Below are positions 33,779 to 34,710 of a stretch of DNA of 34,710 bases, one piece after another. The DNA is from a virus. Taxonomy: Duplodnaviria > Heunggongvirae > Uroviricota > Caudoviricetes. A program made the translations under genes and the position numbers. The notes beneath the pieces are model-generated. The model did no database searches. It was given only the letters and a program-made list of their open reading frames with translations, and was not told where the DNA came from. The first letter of the stretch is position 1. Every line of letters starts with the position of its first letter. The stretch is taken from positions 1 through 34,710 of IMG/VR virus record IMGVR_UViG_3300026484_000248. One strand, written 5' to 3'.

Positions 33779-34296
33779 TAGTCGTCCTTTTCTATAATTA
33801 TCTTAGGATTAATTTTATTTACGCCTTGGACGGCATCTAAAGCTGCTTCTAATTCTGATAATTTATCAACGGAAATATAATTAATATATCTGTATTTTTC
33901 ATTTAAAACTACTTCGTTTTCTAAAATTTCTTTATATTTAATAGCGATCTTTTCATTACTTAAAACCCCACTAAGTAGTTTCCCTCTCTTTAACCAACTC
34001 GCCAGCTTAATATCAGCTCTTGATAACACTATATCGTAATTAACAGGCAAATCGTGCATACTTGTTATATCATTTAAAGCTAACAACAAATCCCAATAAA
34101 AAGTAGTCTTATATAAATCTTGTGATATGGCTTCTATCAAACGGTCATTTTCTACCTTAACTTGTAAAGTATATTCTGCACTTTTAAATTTAGGAGGGAT
34201 ATTAGCCAAAAGATTTAAAGTTGTAGTATTTCTTACATTTCTACCTAAAAAATTTGTTGATTCAAACTTAAGGTATCTATTTTTCATTAACTCCAT
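33778..34296 (-). CDS. gp53: Baseplate wedge protein gp53
   Basis: RLIEAISQDLYKTTFYWDLLLALNDI..DLP is the LysM-like gp53 motif. Confidence 0.75.
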   Translation of the reverse strand: MELMKNRYLKFESTNFLGRNVRNTTTLNLLANIPPKFKSAEYTLQVKVENDRLIEAISQDLYKTTFYWDLLLALNDITSMHDLPVNYDIVLSRADIKLASWLKRGKLLSGVLSNEKIAIKYKEILENEVVLNEKYRYINYISVDKLSELEAALDAVQGVNKINPKIIIEKDD

Positions 34297-34305
34297 ATTT
34301 TTCTC

Positions 34306-34710
34306 CTACATCCAATCCGATCTATCTTTAATACCAAATTCAACGAATTTCATATTTAAAGTAATATGCTTAGGCATCATATCTATATAGGTACTGGCAT
34401 ATCCTTGAGCAAAGTAACTTATAGAATAACTTTCCATTGCCATTTTATGAAATTGCATTGCTTTGTCTATTATAGGGTTTGAAAATTTAATTTTATATAT
34501 AAAAGGCTGTTTTAGCATTCCTGGTTTTCCGTCTTCTGAAGTTTTAGCTGGAGAACCTCCTATTTTTATATTCATAAGTATTACAGCGATTGCTGCAGAT
34601 TCTAACATACTCTCAGGAATTAGTTGCCAAGTTCCGTCCCAACTTCTTGGAGCTGTTCCTTTGTAAACTTGAGTCAACATAGGGTCTAGTACAGCACCAC
34701 CCATATAAGA
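34306..34710 (-). CDS. gp48: Baseplate tail-tube cap/initiator gp48-like, 5'-partial
   Basis: DPMLTQVYKG..PRSW..WQLIPES..ES..I..I..K..SP..P..IKF. The frame is still open at the window end. Confidence 0.6.
   Translation of the reverse strand, partial: SYMGGAVLDPMLTQVYKGTAPRSWDGTWQLIPESMLESAAIAVILMNIKIGGSPAKTSEDGKPGMLKQPFIYKIKFSNPIIDKAMQFHKMAMESYSISYFAQGYASTYIDMMPKHITLNMKFVEFGIKDRSDWM

Noticed and set aside
1171-34666. Other short ORF-track entries overlapping real genes (e.g. 1171, 2652, 3087, 3972, 5612, 6293, 7846, 21025, 21437, 21514, 22202, 22568, 30411, 32036, 32721, 33258, 34127, 34463)
   Set aside because: All overlap well-supported genes on the opposite strand or in another frame, and show no recognisable motifs.
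1-34710. Stop-codon reassignment (alternative genetic code)
   Set aside because: Long genes (gp6, gp7-like, gp46) are intact under code 11, and TAA and TAG both end well-supported genes.
1-34710. CRISPR array, tRNA/rRNA genes, IS transposase
   Set aside because: I saw no regularly spaced direct repeats, cloverleaf motifs or transposase motifs. A tRNAscan-SE/Infernal run would be needed to exclude RNA genes fully.

Overview
A 34.7-kb segment of a very AT-rich T4-like myovirus genome, almost entirely on the minus strand. In window order it holds: a partial AAA+ ATPase; a late-promoter-driven candidate lysis cassette (holin, i-spanin, o-spanin); a clamp-loader gene (gp44) split in two by an atypically split intein; gp59-, gp33-, gp46-, gp47-, gp55- and gp3-like genes; an O-carbamoyltransferase, a GT9-like glycosyltransferase and a Cys/Gly-rich protein; a tail-fibre cluster; and a baseplate block (gp7-like, gp6, gp25, gp5, gp27-like, gp53, partial gp48). 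Two free-standing endonuclease genes are present, one GIY-YIG-like and one Hef-like. Two promoter classes recur: T4 late TATAAATA and TTAAG-N11-TATAAT. The second, with the low GC, suggests a Campylobacterota host (inference). The strongest leads are (1) the split gp44 with a 21-aa IntN and 127-aa IntC at Walker A, (2) the carbamoyltransferase/glycosyltransferase module beside fibre genes, and (3) a Hef-like gene apparently starting at ATT under an RBS-sequestering hairpin. All product calls come from motif recognition by eye; no database search was run.
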